Assembly: GCF_001194135.2 (NCBI RefSeq)
Contig: NC_068981.1
Location: forward strand, 93,290,799-93,345,052
Reading direction: 5' to 3'
From: Octopus bimaculoides
Lineage: Eukaryota
DNA length: 54,254 nucleotides
Shown here piece after piece: positions 1 through 12,461 of the stretch; the first letter of the stretch is position 1; each line of letters starts with the position of its first letter. The notes beneath the pieces were generated by a model, which saw nothing but the letters and a program-made list of their open reading frames with translations, ran no database searches and was not told the DNA's origin. The translations under genes and the position numbers were made by a program.

Positions 1-130
1 TGTCTCCGTATTCTTTCTGTTGAAGAGCGTAGCTCGAAACGTCAAAGACTTTCCGTATTCCCGAGCGTCATACTAATATATACTTTTGTTATTTACACCA
101 CCTGTCCTCGTCTGTTGTTATTTTTTGTAT
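1..130 (+). mobile_element. Penelope-like element terminal-repeat fragment with variant hammerhead-like motif (12-48)
   Basis: tcttt-CTGTTGA-A-gagc-gta-gctc-GAAAC-GTC-aaaga gives helix I (5 bp), helix II (4 bp) and a palindromic ACGT helix III. A diverged reverse-strand copy lies at ~8640-8790. PLE assignment is inferred from the known association of minimal hammerheads with PLE termini. Confidence 0.5.
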
Positions 131-172
131 ATTCTCCCATATATATATATATATATATATAATGTGTATGGG

Positions 173-258
<86 letters not shown>
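173..258. repeat. (GATA)n microsatellite
   Basis: Directly visible perfect tetranucleotide array. Confidence 0.97.
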
Positions 259-1103
259 TGTATGTATGTATATATATGTGTGCATGTATGTATGCGTATA
301 TGTAAACATGGTTGAACATATCTGTACGTTTTCATTTGTGTGTGAGTGTAGATATGTACGCGTGTTTACGTGTGTGCACGTGTTACAGTTATGGATGGTT
401 TAAGTAGAATAAATGAAATAAAGTTTCATGAAGTATTTCTATGGTTTTCTAGAATCTCTTTAATTAACTGACAGTTTCCTGTTGCATAAAATTGGATCTA
501 ATATTTTATAACTTTTCAAAATGTTCTCATCTATATTTGCTCATGCAACTTTGAACAACAACTACATGGAAAAGCTTTTAGAAACAGTTTTCTGTAAATC
601 ACACAATAATTTGCATGGCATTTTTTTTTTTTTCATTCCATCGATAATATAAGAAATTTAAATACATGTATTGATTTTTATTGTTTCTGGATGTCAAACT
701 TCTGAGTGGATTCTTTAGTTAAAGTCGTGTAGTAGTTAATGTTAAGAATATTGAAATTGATAAGTTCCGTATCTTTATTGACAACGAACATATTTAAAAT
801 GTTCGTAGAGTTTTGAGGAGACGTCATGTGATCATAAAGTGTAGGTTGTCTTGCAAGTTTATCTTAGCCTAAAAACAAAGCTACTCGAGAATGCCCGAGG
901 CGTTATGCCGACAGGAAAGTTTTATTTATCTCTTATGAATCTGAACATAGCGTCGTCAAAATATATGTAGCTGTAATCTATGCATATAAATTTGACAGTG
1001 GGGATTGTTTCTTTCTTGGGATTCACGGTCAAACGACTGGGTGCAATTGCGCAAAAAATTACACAGATATGTAGAATGATCCGGTGGTGATGCTGAGCTT
1101 TGT

Positions 1104-1275
1104 ATTTTTTCATAGCTCCTATGGTTACAGAGATAATCTATCATAATAATACTCTTGTGTTTATGAATAAAAAAGGAAGGGTTGACGTCATATTTTTTCA
1201 TAGCACCCGTGGTTACCGAGATAATCTATTATAATAATTACTCTTGTGTTTATGAATGAGAAAGGAAGGGTGGAT
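1104..1275. repeat. Diverged ~88-bp tandem duplication
   Basis: tattttttcatagc...gagataatcta...tactcttgtgtttatgaat...aaggaagggt occurs twice back to back. Confidence 0.85.
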
Positions 1276-1861
1276 AGATGAATAAGGAAGGAAGGGGTGA
1301 TGTCATACTTGGTGGTAGGATGATGAAAATTGTACGCCGAAAAAATAAATCAAACAGTGTTTCAACTCTGTGTGAATATATCTGTGTATATAAAAGGGGG
1401 TATGTGAATGTGTGTGTGTGTGTGTGTGTGTCTGTTTGTGTATGTGTGTGCGTGTGTTGTGTGCAATGGAAGTGGGATGGTTCATCTTTATTTGCTTTGT
1501 ACTTGGATTTATTTTTGGTTTAGTTGAATCGTGGTTGGTTTATTTATTCTTTTTTGGTCAGTTATTTTTAGCGTTTTCACAGATAAAAACTCATTCTAAA
1601 TTTGGCTTTTAACTTAAGCGTACCCAAAGAAGTCGAATGTTTACACAGAGCAGGTTTTACAACCACATCATCCAAACCGATCGGGTGCAACCGGGCTTAG
1701 CTGCTAGTTTATCCATAATATTGGAAATACACGCGGGTGGACCACTGTTTACTTTTATTATGTAATTTGTTTTAATACTTTCATTGTACCTATACTAAGC
1801 TTCTACATGAATGTTTATGTTTTTTCCCTGCAACCTACTTGAATTCTGAAATATCATAAAT

Positions 1862-2075
1862 ATAATCCTTTCTACTATAGGCACAAGGCCTGAAATTTTT
1901 GGGAAGAGGCTTTCGGTTATATCGACCCCAGTGTGTAACTGGTGCTTATTTCAACGACCCCGAAGGACGAAAGCAAAGTCGATCTCGGCGGAATTTGAAC
2001 TCAGAACGTAAACACGGACGAAATACTGTTAAACATTATGCGCGACGGGGAAACGCTTCTGCCAGCTTGCTGCCT
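1862..2075 (-). mobile_element. SINE, family 1 (head aggcggcgagctggcagaa; central gtcgac..tttcatcctttcggggtcgataaa..agtaccag domain)
   Basis: Reverse complement aligns by eye with the copy at 44099-44330. Ends in ggccttgtgcc...agtagaaaggattat tail. Confidence 0.85.
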
Positions 2076-2329
2076 ATCATAAATATAATAAAGCATATTC
2101 TCGTGCATTCAACGTTTCCACAGGGTTTTAGTATGCAGAATCGTATTGTTAACATGAGGGAGCGTAATCTTTCTCAAAAAACAATCACCTTGAAAGGACC
2201 ATGGCTTAACAATTACAATATGCTTTAAGAACACTAGTTTCGCACAAAATATGTCTGAATTTTATTTATTTGCGATGTTGAGCATATCACCTTTCTATAC
2301 TTCTTACAAAGACTCATGTTCACTGCTAT

Positions 2330-2637
2330 CAAACACGCATACTTGTAAACAGTTGGTTCCGACGACAAGGGTAACAGTTGATCTAATCAACGGAATAGCC
2401 CGCTTGTGAAATTAATGTGCATGTGGCTGAGAACTCCAGACACGCGTACATTTAACTTAGCTCTCATGGATATTCAGCGCCACACAGAATATGAAAAAGC
2501 TGGTCCTGTGAATTACAGGTACAATTGGAGTGACGTCTAATAAAGTGTCTTACTCAAACACACAACGCTCTGCCAGGAATCGAACACGCGACCATATGAT
2601 TGTGCGTGGAGCATCAAACCACGAAGACATCTGCCTT
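2330..2637 (-). mobile_element. tRNA-derived SINE, family 2
   Basis: Minus strand begins with a tRNA-like head containing a B-box (gttcgattcc), followed by a non-tRNA body. Confidence 0.7.
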
Positions 2638-2913
2638 TACATTCAAGCTTACACGATGGTGAGAATTTTATGTCAGTGATTTTATGATTTATGCGAATAA
2701 AGGAGGAAGCTATTTCTAGGTCATTTTTCTAGCTTGAAACAAGGTTGAAACCTCTAAATGCATCCAACGACCAGATATTTCTGTTAAAGTAGAAGCGGAT
2801 TAAGAGTATTATCCATTCGCTCAAATACATTTATGACTTCATAGCTTCTACAAAACTCAAAGCATATATATGACAGCCATAAACAACGTTGCAGATACAA
2901 GCAAAAAGAGTGA

Positions 2914-2946
<33 letters not shown>

Positions 2947-3519
2947 AGTGAGAGGGCAAATCAAACAGAGAGGAAAGAAACTATGGAGATGAAAAATGTA
3001 TGTTAGGACATTTCTATATCAATTACCTTATAATAATTTATATGAAGTTATGTCAAGATAAATAAATCAAAGAAGTGTGAAAGCCTGTCAATATTAGATG
3101 ACAAGATGAATGTAAGCATATATGTAGCGATGAGAGTGTTGTGTAAGGAAGAAAGAAGTAGGCATAGTTAAGTCTCTTATACTGGGAGTAGTATTGTTGT
3201 TAGTTCTTCAAGGAAAATGGTTTGGCGATTTTTTACAGTTATGGGTCTCCAAAGAATATTTTCTTCGACATTTTTTTTCTCAAAATCCATTGGAAAAATC
3301 AAGAATTTATGAAAAGTATTCGCAAGCGTGCGATCATTTTTCTTTACATAAATGTCAATGTTAGTATATGCAAACAACTACTACAGTATTAAGTCTTATA
3401 ACAACACACACACACATATACATACATATATATGTATATACATATTTGTATATGTATATACATATACATATGTGTGTCTATGTGTATATTTGTATATATA
3501 TTCTTTTATTTTTTTATTC

Positions 3520-3715
3520 TTTTATTTGTTTCAGTCATTTGACTGCGACCATGCTGGAGCACCGCCTCTAGTCGAGCAAATCGACCCCAGGACTTTTTCT
3601 TTGTAAGCGTAGTACTTACTCTATCGTCTCTCTTGCCGAACGGCTAAGTGACAGGGACGTAAACACACCAGCATCGGTTGCCAAGCGTTGTTGGGGGGAC
3701 AAACACAGATACACA
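3520..3715 (-). mobile_element. SINE family 3, 3' half
   Basis: Matches the corresponding halves of the copies at 25585-26015 and 52268-52596 (cagtcatttgactgc, tcgaccccaggact, gccgaac.gctaag). Confidence 0.85.
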
Positions 3716-3751
<36 letters not shown>

Positions 3752-4009
3752 NNNNNNNNNNNNNNNNNNNNNNNNNNNNNNNNNNNNNNNNNNNNNNNNN
3801 NNNNNNNNNNNNNNNNNNNNNNNNNNNNNNNNNNNNNNNNNNNNNNNNNNNNNNNNNNNNNNNNNNNNNNNNNNNNNNNNNNNNNNNNNNNNNNNNNNNN
3901 NNNNNNNNNNNNNNNNNNNNNNNNNNNNNNNNNNNNNNNNNNNNNNNNNNNNNNNNNNNNNNNNNNNNNNNNNNNNNNNNNNNNNNNNNNNNNNNNNNNN
4001 NNNNNNNNN

Positions 4010-4049
<40 letters not shown>

Positions 4050-4050
4050 C

Positions 4051-4084
<34 letters not shown>

Positions 4085-4619
4085 GGGAGAGAGAGAGGGA
4101 GAGAGAGAGTGTGTGTGTTATATACGTATACAGACTTTTGTAAGTATGTATGAATGTATGTGCATGTCATCAATTCAAATAATATTTTATATAAAAATAT
4201 GTACACTTTAATATCTATGAAGTATTATTATTCAGTGTGACCATACCACAACTTCATGATTGATTCCCTGATTCTTCAAAATAATAAAGCGTTTAAAATT
4301 TAGCTTTCTCATCATCTTTTCTCGTGAGAATAACTTATTATTTGCTTGTTTCTCCCCTTTATTCATTTGGTCGCTGAACGGATATTTCTTGAGGTGATGT
4401 TCATGAAATATCTACCTAACTAGCATACAAATATCGAACGTCAGTCTAGCTAGCATACATACATCGTTGAAGGATTTTCAGAATGTATATCATTATAGTA
4501 TTCCAATATAATCCTACAGATATAAAACCTGTGTAACGATGTCCACGAAGAAATTACATAGTATATCTATTGTTAAGTCCAATAATAATTTATTTTTTAC
4601 ATTTTAATAAAACAAATAT

Positions 4620-4630
4620 CATTATTATTA

Positions 4631-4700
<70 letters not shown>
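4620..4700. repeat. (ATT)n microsatellite
   Basis: Directly visible. Confidence 0.95.
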
Positions 4701-4701
<1 letters not shown>

Positions 4702-4879
4702 TCTAACAGAGGCACAAGGCCACATTTTAAACAAAACAACAATTAGTATAATGAATGATTTCTAACAGAGGCACAAGGTCACATTTTTAAATGTGGCCTT
4801 GTGCCTCTGTTAGAAATCATTCATTATAGTAATTGTTGTTTTTTTTTTCTTAAATGTGGCCTTGTGTCTCTGTTAGAAA

Positions 4880-4880
<1 letters not shown>
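4699..4880. repeat. ~180-bp foldback palindrome built from four SINE-tail units
   Basis: atttctaacagaggcacaaggccacattt occurs twice forward then twice inverted, with the symmetry centre at 4787/4788. Confidence 0.9.
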
Positions 4881-4911
<31 letters not shown>

Positions 4912-6120
4912 TCTTCTGTTGGAGTTCCTGTAGACTTGCATGCGTAGCGGACTTGCTACCGGCAGCTTACGGTACCATGCTATCCGTTCTTTTCGGCTTG
5001 CTAATAGTTTCCTGGTTATTCTGGCCGTGTCAAGGAGGCAAAGCTTTTGTAACTGTTCTACTTATCACTGTATTCCAATTTCCTTTATATATCTCTTGAT
5101 GCCTTCTGATAATTACCCCAAGGACCCAACAATGATTGCCACTATCTTCACCGTCATCTTCTATAGCCGGGCTATTTCGTACTTAAGAGGGTTGTATTTA
5201 TATATTTTTTCGCATTCAATCTTGATTATTCGTGAGTCAAAGGTGCATGCAAAATCAATTACATAGCATATGCGGTGCACATTCTCTACCACTGCTAGTT
5301 CGGGTTTGTTATGCTCTAGTACCTGATCTGTTTGGATAGTGAAATCCCAGAGGAGTTCGCCAGTCTTCGATTCTGCCACTTTCTGTAGCCTGTGCTCATA
5401 GGACTTCTTGCCACTCTTTAGCCTTCACTTTTCGCAAAGTTTCCAATGTAGCACTTTCGCTAATGGTTGTATCGCCACAACTTGTAGTGGTCTTGGTCAA
5501 GTCTAGGGCAACAGTTCGTGACATGGGCAATGGTTTCATCCACTCTATTGCACAGCGGAGACACTCGCTCATTCCTCAGGTTAACTCTCCAGTTCGTGGT
5601 CAGAACTTGTCTCTGCACTGCTAGTATAGTGCTCTCGGTCTCTTTTTTTAGGATGCCTTCCATCAGCTAATCCCACCTATTTTTCCAGCAATTTCTGTTC
5701 TGACTATATGAAATTCGTTGTGTAGTCCTTCATACGTAATTTTCCCCCCTGTTATTTTTTATACTTCTTTTGTTTTCCTTTTTTCTACCTCGTTCGTAAC
5801 TCTTTCTTTATTTGGGGTTAGGTATTTCATTAAGCACTCGAGTTCTACATGCAGTCTTCCACTCTTATCAGTTTCTTTCCTCCACTTACTTTTTCTATGA
5901 ATAAGTGACCAGTGTCTGCACGTAGATGTGGATTCCATGCATCGTTAGGGACTTTCTTGACTTCCTCTCCATCTCCTTTAACTCTTCCTCTGTCTACTTT
6001 AGAATTCCAGCGCCATACCGAACTACTGTGACTGTGCGCGAGTTTATTGCCAAAACTGTTTCTGAAATTCTGTTTTGAAGCCAATATTTTTCTCACTTGT
6101 CACAGGAGCTCTCTTTTCGT
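4912..6120 (-). mobile_element. R4/Dong-like non-LTR retrotransposon, 5'-truncated and frameshifted (CCHC knuckle, RLE endonuclease, 3' UTR)
   Basis: Minus-strand fragments: LKKETESTILAVQRQVLTT, PLCNRVDETIAHVTNCCPRL, LLWDFTIQTDQVLEHNKPELAVV, DFACTFDSRI..EKIYKY, IIVGSLG, QLQKLCLLDTARITRK. Ends in a (TAA)n tail. Confidence 0.85.
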
Positions 6121-6165
6121 CTTTCCCAATTATTATTGTTGTTGTTATTATTATTATTATTATTA

Positions 6166-6470
6166 TTCAGTAGTTTTATTTTTATAACGTACTTTCACTT
6201 CACTACCGAGCGCAGCTCTGTGCGCCTTGGGTATGTGCTGTGGTTTGCTGTGGTGCTCTTATGTTTACTGTATTGAAAGTGTTTTGCGTAGAATGTGTGC
6301 AGTACCCAGTAGTGCAATTTTCTGTATGTTATATATATTTGTAAGTCCTGGTGTTTTTGTTATGTATTTGTCTGAATATTTTTTTATTATACCTAAGGCA
6401 CCTACTATGATAGGAATTGTTTCTGTTTTTAGATTCCACATTCGAGTTATCTCTATTTCCAGGTCTTTGT
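6166..6470 (-). mobile_element. 3' end of a second R4/Dong-like LINE family
   Basis: Minus frame reads LEIEITRMWNLKTETIPIIVGALGIIKKYSDKYITKTPGLTNIYNIQKIALLGTAHILRKTLSIQ, then a 3' UTR shared with 50435-50547 and a (TAA)n tail. Confidence 0.85.
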
Positions 6471-6923
6471 NNNNNNNNNNNNNNNNNNNNNNNNNNNNNN
6501 NNNNNNNNNNNNNNNNNNNNNNNNNNNNNNNNNNNNNNNNNNNNNNNNNNNNNNNNNNNNNNNNNNNNNNNNNNNNNNNNNNNNNNNNNNNNNNNNNNNN
6601 NNNNNNNNNNNNNNNNNNNNNNNNNNNNNNNNNNNNNNNNNNNNNNNNNNNNNNNNNNNNNNNNNNNNNNNNNNNNNNNNNNNNNNNNNNNNNNNNNNNN
6701 NNNNNNNNNNNNNNNNNNNNNNNNNNNNNNNNNNNNNNNNNNNNNNNNNNNNNNNNNNNNNNNNNNNNNNNNNNNNNNNNNNNNNNNNNNNNNNNNNNNN
6801 NNNNNNNNNNNNNNNNNNNNNNNNNNNNNNNNNNNNNNNNNNNNNNNNNNNNNNNNNNNNNNNNNNNNNNNNNNNNNNNNNNNNNNNNNNNNNNNNNNNN
6901 NNNNNNNNNNNNNNNNNNNNNNN

Positions 6924-6983
<60 letters not shown>

Positions 6984-6991
6984 TTTATTAC

Positions 6992-7027
<36 letters not shown>

Positions 7028-7039
7028 CATTATTATTAT

Positions 7040-7086
<47 letters not shown>

Positions 7087-7102
7087 TAGTAGTAGTAGTA
7101 GT
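6924..7102. repeat. (ATT)n followed by (AGT)n microsatellite
   Basis: Directly visible. Confidence 0.95.
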
Positions 7103-7294
7103 ATCACCAACATTTTATAGCAAGAAATTTGTTTGATCCCGAACAAAGGAATATTTTACATCAAATGACATATCAGGAAATCATTATTTTAAATTCAACA
7201 TCTAATGCAAGACACATGAGAAATTTCTATTTTCTGTCCGTCCATATTATATTTTATTCATCATAAATTATATATATATGTGTGTGTGTATGTG

Positions 7295-7330
<36 letters not shown>

Positions 7331-7679
7331 NNNNNNNNNNNNNNNNNNNNNNNNNNNNNNNNNNNNNNNNNNNNNNNNNNNNNNNNNNNNNNNNNNNNNN
7401 NNNNNNNNNNNNNNNNNNNNNNNNNNNNNNNNNNNNNNNNNNNNNNNNNNNNNNNNNNNNNNNNNNNNNNNNNNNNNNNNNNNNNNNNNNNNNNNNNNNN
7501 NNNNNNNNNNNNNNNNNNNNNNNNNNNNNNNNNNNNNNNNNNNNNNNNNNNNNNNNNNNNNNNNNNNNNNNNNNNNNNNNNNNNNNNNNNNNNNNNNNNN
7601 NNNNNNNNNNNNNNNNNNNNNNNNNNNNNNNNNNNNNNNNNNNNNNNNNNNNNNNNNNNNNNNNNNNNNNNNNNNNNNN

Positions 7680-7718
<39 letters not shown>

Positions 7719-8639
7719 TATGTATAATGTGCATCTATAATCGATATGCACACATATATATGTATTCATATATACTTACACGCGTATGTAGTAGAAATAG
7801 TATAATATTTTGAAGGCATATTAAGAGAAATTATTGTTCAATCTCTTCCAAAATTTCGTATGTATGAGAGTAAGCAAATCACACGCGAAGACATACACAC
7901 AGATACACACATACACAAACGTAGACTCAAATATAAACACATACATGCATACGCATATATGTGCAAATTTATCGGCATATACAAACGCTTATACATAAAA
8001 TGTAGCACTTGAAGATTTTACAAAGTAATTCTAGTTTTCATGACGTCTTAAAAGGTAAGGTCCTCATTCCATTTAGAATTATTTTCTCATTGCTGTAAAG
8101 AGGAAATCAGGTCGAGAAACCGATTTAGCGATCCACCGACTTCCGTAGCGAATCTTTGTATCCATTGCCTCACACATCTCTGTGAGATACTGCTCGGAGA
8201 TAAAATATTGCAATTAGTGCTATTCCGTGTTTGTATATAAATTATAAACGTAATACTCACCTGCTTATGTGCATATATTTAGTAAGTAAGAGAAATTGTC
8301 TCTAATTGGATTCTAACGATTGCTGTTCAGTTGCTCATTCAATTAGAATACATGCTCATTGAATGGGGCTATATGGATACATTATTTCAAAGACACGTAC
8401 GTTCCTAATGTAACACTGTCTTCATTAACGTAAAATATCTTGTAATATGGCTGGTCTTTCGAAACACAAATATAGACGGCTCCTGAACAGTTACCCTCTA
8501 GCCAGCTTCATTAACAAGATGTAGATCTATCTTATACTATGGTAACAGAGCGGTATATAGTATAACAGGATTGGAGCCGAACCTTTGTATTGCGATGCGA
8601 GTTCGTTAATTGCATATATATATTGTTCAAATTTTATAG

Positions 8640-8790
8640 AAAGCAATATACGAAGACAGGTAAAGGAACAAGAAGGAGGTGTATTAGTTCAACACTTGGG
8701 AAGAATGGTAAAGTCTTTGATACCTCGAGCCTACGCTCTTCGACGGAAACGATTGAGAGGAAGGAAAACAGAAAGACAAAAAAAATGTGT
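8640..8790 (-). mobile_element. Diverged copy of the PLE-type terminal repeat seen at 1-130
   Basis: Forward aagtctttgatacctcgagcctacgctcttcgacgg is the reverse complement of ccgtcgaagagcgtaggctcgaggtatcaaagactt. The GAAAC is mutated in this copy. Confidence 0.55.
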
Positions 8791-9539
8791 AGGGTTTAAC
8801 GGTTACATATACACACATACATATATTTATATATAAATATATCACTTGCCGTAAGGAGCTTGTCTCCTTTGGCAGTCGTTAGAAAAGTAGTCTCACGTAG
8901 CTACGAGTTGTTTTCACTCTTATTTCTAGCAATTTTTGTACTGACCATCACCCTCCATCACTTTAGTGACGACAATACTTGTTAACCATTCTTGTTGCCT
9001 TTCGGTTGTAAATTACGAATAGCGAATGTGTAAGAGTGTATGTATGCATATTTGTAAGGTGTGTATGGAAATCTTCCCAGCTTAGACTATGGTTAATTAT
9101 TGATTTCCTTTGATAAAAATGTCTTCTTACTAATAATACCTTTAAATTGCTATAGGTAGCTTATGCAAACTTTCGTGTATGATATAGTTCACCTGTTACA
9201 CCGTACTTTGTTCGAATTTACGGAAATTATGATTAACGTGTTTATTGATTTATTTTGATTTTGTCTTAAACTAACTTTTTAATGCCTCAAGTCAATGGTT
9301 CTGGCGGGCAAATTACATATTTCAGTGAATATAAATCTCACTTTACGAGTGAAATATTTGGTTATAATATTTATCACAATGACATGCTACTATATCTCAT
9401 GAGAGATTATTTCACTTATAATGTCGAGTTTCCTGTGATTTGAATTGTCATATCTGGCCAACCACACACGCACACGCACACGCGCAGGCACACACACACA
9501 CACACACGCACACACACACGCACACACACACACACACAC

Positions 9540-9985
9540 AAGTACCGACGTTGGTATTGGCAGACGGCAAATCTAGGTTGGGCGAAACCAAGTTTGACAG
9601 TATCAACTACGTTATTGATAACTCTGAAAGAATATCTAGATATTCTCTTCCCATGAGGCATGATATGGTGGCCAGAACAGTCTCTAGCGGAATAACATAA
9701 AAGAGAGCACTAAGAGACAATGCTGACTATATTGAACCCAACAGGTCCAAAGAATATCGGTGGAACATAAAAATTAAAACAGCCACAAAGTTAAAACACA
9801 ACCGGACAGATATTGTCGTGTGAGATCACAAAGAAGGGACAGGCTCCGTTGAGGAAATAAGTCGCTGTCTGAACTTCATTGTGGTTAGAGAAATACAAGT
9901 GAAATACGATATCTATGGACACTTGATTAGGAGTTCACAAACCCAGAACCTAAGATTCTCGTTCAACTTCATATTATTAAGTTTG
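9540..9985 (+). mobile_element. R2-superfamily (R4-like) RLE endonuclease fragment, third family
   Basis: Fragments RYSLPMRHDMVARTV, WNIKIKTATKLKHNRTDIVV, IQVKYDIYGHLIRS, with stops and frameshifts. Confidence 0.75.
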
Positions 9986-10375
9986 GTTCTTATTCTATCG
10001 ATTACATTTGCCGAACCGATATTTTACAGGGACGTAAACAAATCAACATCGGTTCTTTAGCGGTAGGCAGGTTGACAAACATGGACACGTAAGCACATTT
10101 AAATATATATTTAGAGAGAGGGAGAGTGAGAGGGGGAGAGAGAGAAAAACACACAGACACATACACATATACGTACATACTTACATAGACAGACACATAC
10201 ACACATATATGTATATATACGACAGGCTGCCTCACAGTTTCCGTCTACCAATTTCTCTCAAAAGACATTCATCGTCTGATGAGTTATTGTAAAGACACTT
10301 GACAAGGATGGTACCCGGAAACCTCGTGTTTGCAAAGTGAGTTTCTTTCTTAACAACACAGCTATGCTTTGTACA
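9985..10375 (-). mobile_element. Degenerate SINE family 3 copy split by microsatellites
   Basis: 3' half at 9985-10085 and 5' half at 10218-10375 resemble 25585-26015. Confidence 0.7.
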
Positions 10376-10385
10376 CACACACACA

Positions 10386-10458
<73 letters not shown>

Positions 10459-10640
10459 GTATAAGCATGTATATATATAGATATATATATAGATATATAT
10501 CTGGTTGTCTGTAGGAATCTATAGAAAAGCGTATGTAGATCTTTATATAAATACTTGACAATATAATGCGTAATACCAGCTCTTATATTAAGTCCATAAG
10601 TTTCTATAAAGTAAAATGAAATCCAACATTCTACAGTTAC

Positions 10641-10692
10641 ATTTCTTCAAAAGTCCATAAAACACATATCAAAACAGCAAAAATCGATAAAT
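10641..10692 (-). CDS. Candidate internal exon (hydrophobic peptide LSIFAVLICVLWTFEE)
   Basis: Acceptor cttcttagtttcag, donor AAT|gtaact, one open frame. No homology recognised. Confidence 0.2.
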
Positions 10693-11567
10693 CTGAAACT
10701 AAGAAGTAAAATTCTGCAGGAAAATATGCCAGAATAGATGTAAGCTCCAACATTCTAGACTGAATGACGAAGCTTTATGAATGTTCTGCTCTTGAAAATC
10801 TGTATTGTTTCTAGACGTAATCTTGTAGGCACGATATTTCTGCTAATTGATTGGAAGCCCTTAATTTACTTTACCGCTGCTAGGAGATTATAAATGGATT
10901 TGTTTAAGTCGTGTTTTATATTTACCAGCAAAGTTATAGTTCGTATATTCGTTTGGAAGAAAGATTTTACACGGATGGTGTCTAGCTGTTCTATCTACAG
11001 AGGACATTTATCTTATGTGTTCGGTTTGTAAAAATGTCCTCAAAAATGAGAAGTGGACCTAAACATCTAATACAACAGTATTTAAAAAAAAAACTACTAG
11101 TATTCAAATAACTTGCTTATAATAAAGCAGAACAATGTCGCAGCTGCACTGATGCGAAATATATGCAAATCCTGATGCAACGATTGCCAGATTGTTTCGA
11201 TTTTCAGATGGAATTAATTAATTTTGATTAGAGTGTAACTGATCTTTAAAATGCATATAAATACTTTTAAACTCATTTTTCAGTAAATCATGAAACTGGA
11301 CCTTCAGTACGATTTTATTCTGTATGCGTATTTGATGCTGGTGAAAAAAGTGAAATCATGTATTTTGTTGTTTTTTGTGTTGTTGTTGTTGTTGATGGTG
11401 GTGCTGGTGCTGGTGTTGAAGCCATAGCAGCGGCAATAATGAAAACATTGACGTTGAAGAAGCAGAAACTATAAGACATATATAGATTACTGTTCACATA
11501 AATGGAACAGCATCACTAATAGACCACACCCGACGCACTGAAGGTCACCGACTACAGCGTTAGTTCG

Positions 11568-11806
11568 CAAAAGAATACGTCATCTAAATCGATTGCTCCT
11601 ATGTTGTTGGTTTAGCTACGTCTTGAATATACATCGTTCCCTTTCTACCAAAATAAAAAAAAAACATTACATTTGTTTACCCTATAAAGAAGCCCATTCC
11701 AAACAAATGAGGCAAAAACATAATTACAACATTTTACACATGTATATATGAGAATAAAATACACACACATATACATATATGTAAAATTAAAACATATTTC
11801 CATAAT
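11568..11806 (+). repeat. 239-bp segment that is the apparently exact reverse complement of 15016-15254 (probable contig-end overlap)
   Basis: Identical by eye, and both copies end exactly at an N-gap. Confidence 0.92.
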
Positions 11807-12420
11807 NNNNNNNNNNNNNNNNNNNNNNNNNNNNNNNNNNNNNNNNNNNNNNNNNNNNNNNNNNNNNNNNNNNNNNNNNNNNNNNNNNNNNNNNNNNNNN
11901 NNNNNNNNNNNNNNNNNNNNNNNNNNNNNNNNNNNNNNNNNNNNNNNNNNNNNNNNNNNNNNNNNNNNNNNNNNNNNNNNNNNNNNNNNNNNNNNNNNNN
12001 NNNNNNNNNNNNNNNNNNNNNNNNNNNNNNNNNNNNNNNNNNNNNNNNNNNNNNNNNNNNNNNNNNNNNNNNNNNNNNNNNNNNNNNNNNNNNNNNNNNN
12101 NNNNNNNNNNNNNNNNNNNNNNNNNNNNNNNNNNNNNNNNNNNNNNNNNNNNNNNNNNNNNNNNNNNNNNNNNNNNNNNNNNNNNNNNNNNNNNNNNNNN
12201 NNNNNNNNNNNNNNNNNNNNNNNNNNNNNNNNNNNNNNNNNNNNNNNNNNNNNNNNNNNNNNNNNNNNNNNNNNNNNNNNNNNNNNNNNNNNNNNNNNNN
12301 NNNNNNNNNNNNNNNNNNNNNNNNNNNNNNNNNNNNNNNNNNNNNNNNNNNNNNNNNNNNNNNNNNNNNTTTTTAGAAAAAGATTATCAAAAGTCTTTGA
12401 GAATAATAGAAAATGTTAAA

Positions 12421-12461
<41 letters not shown>

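Noticed and set aside
89-335. Low-complexity ORFs (IYLS, YIYI, VCVC, poly-I/Y/V) here and throughout the ORF track, including X-filled ORFs
   Set aside because: They are translations of microsatellites or N-gaps, not genes.
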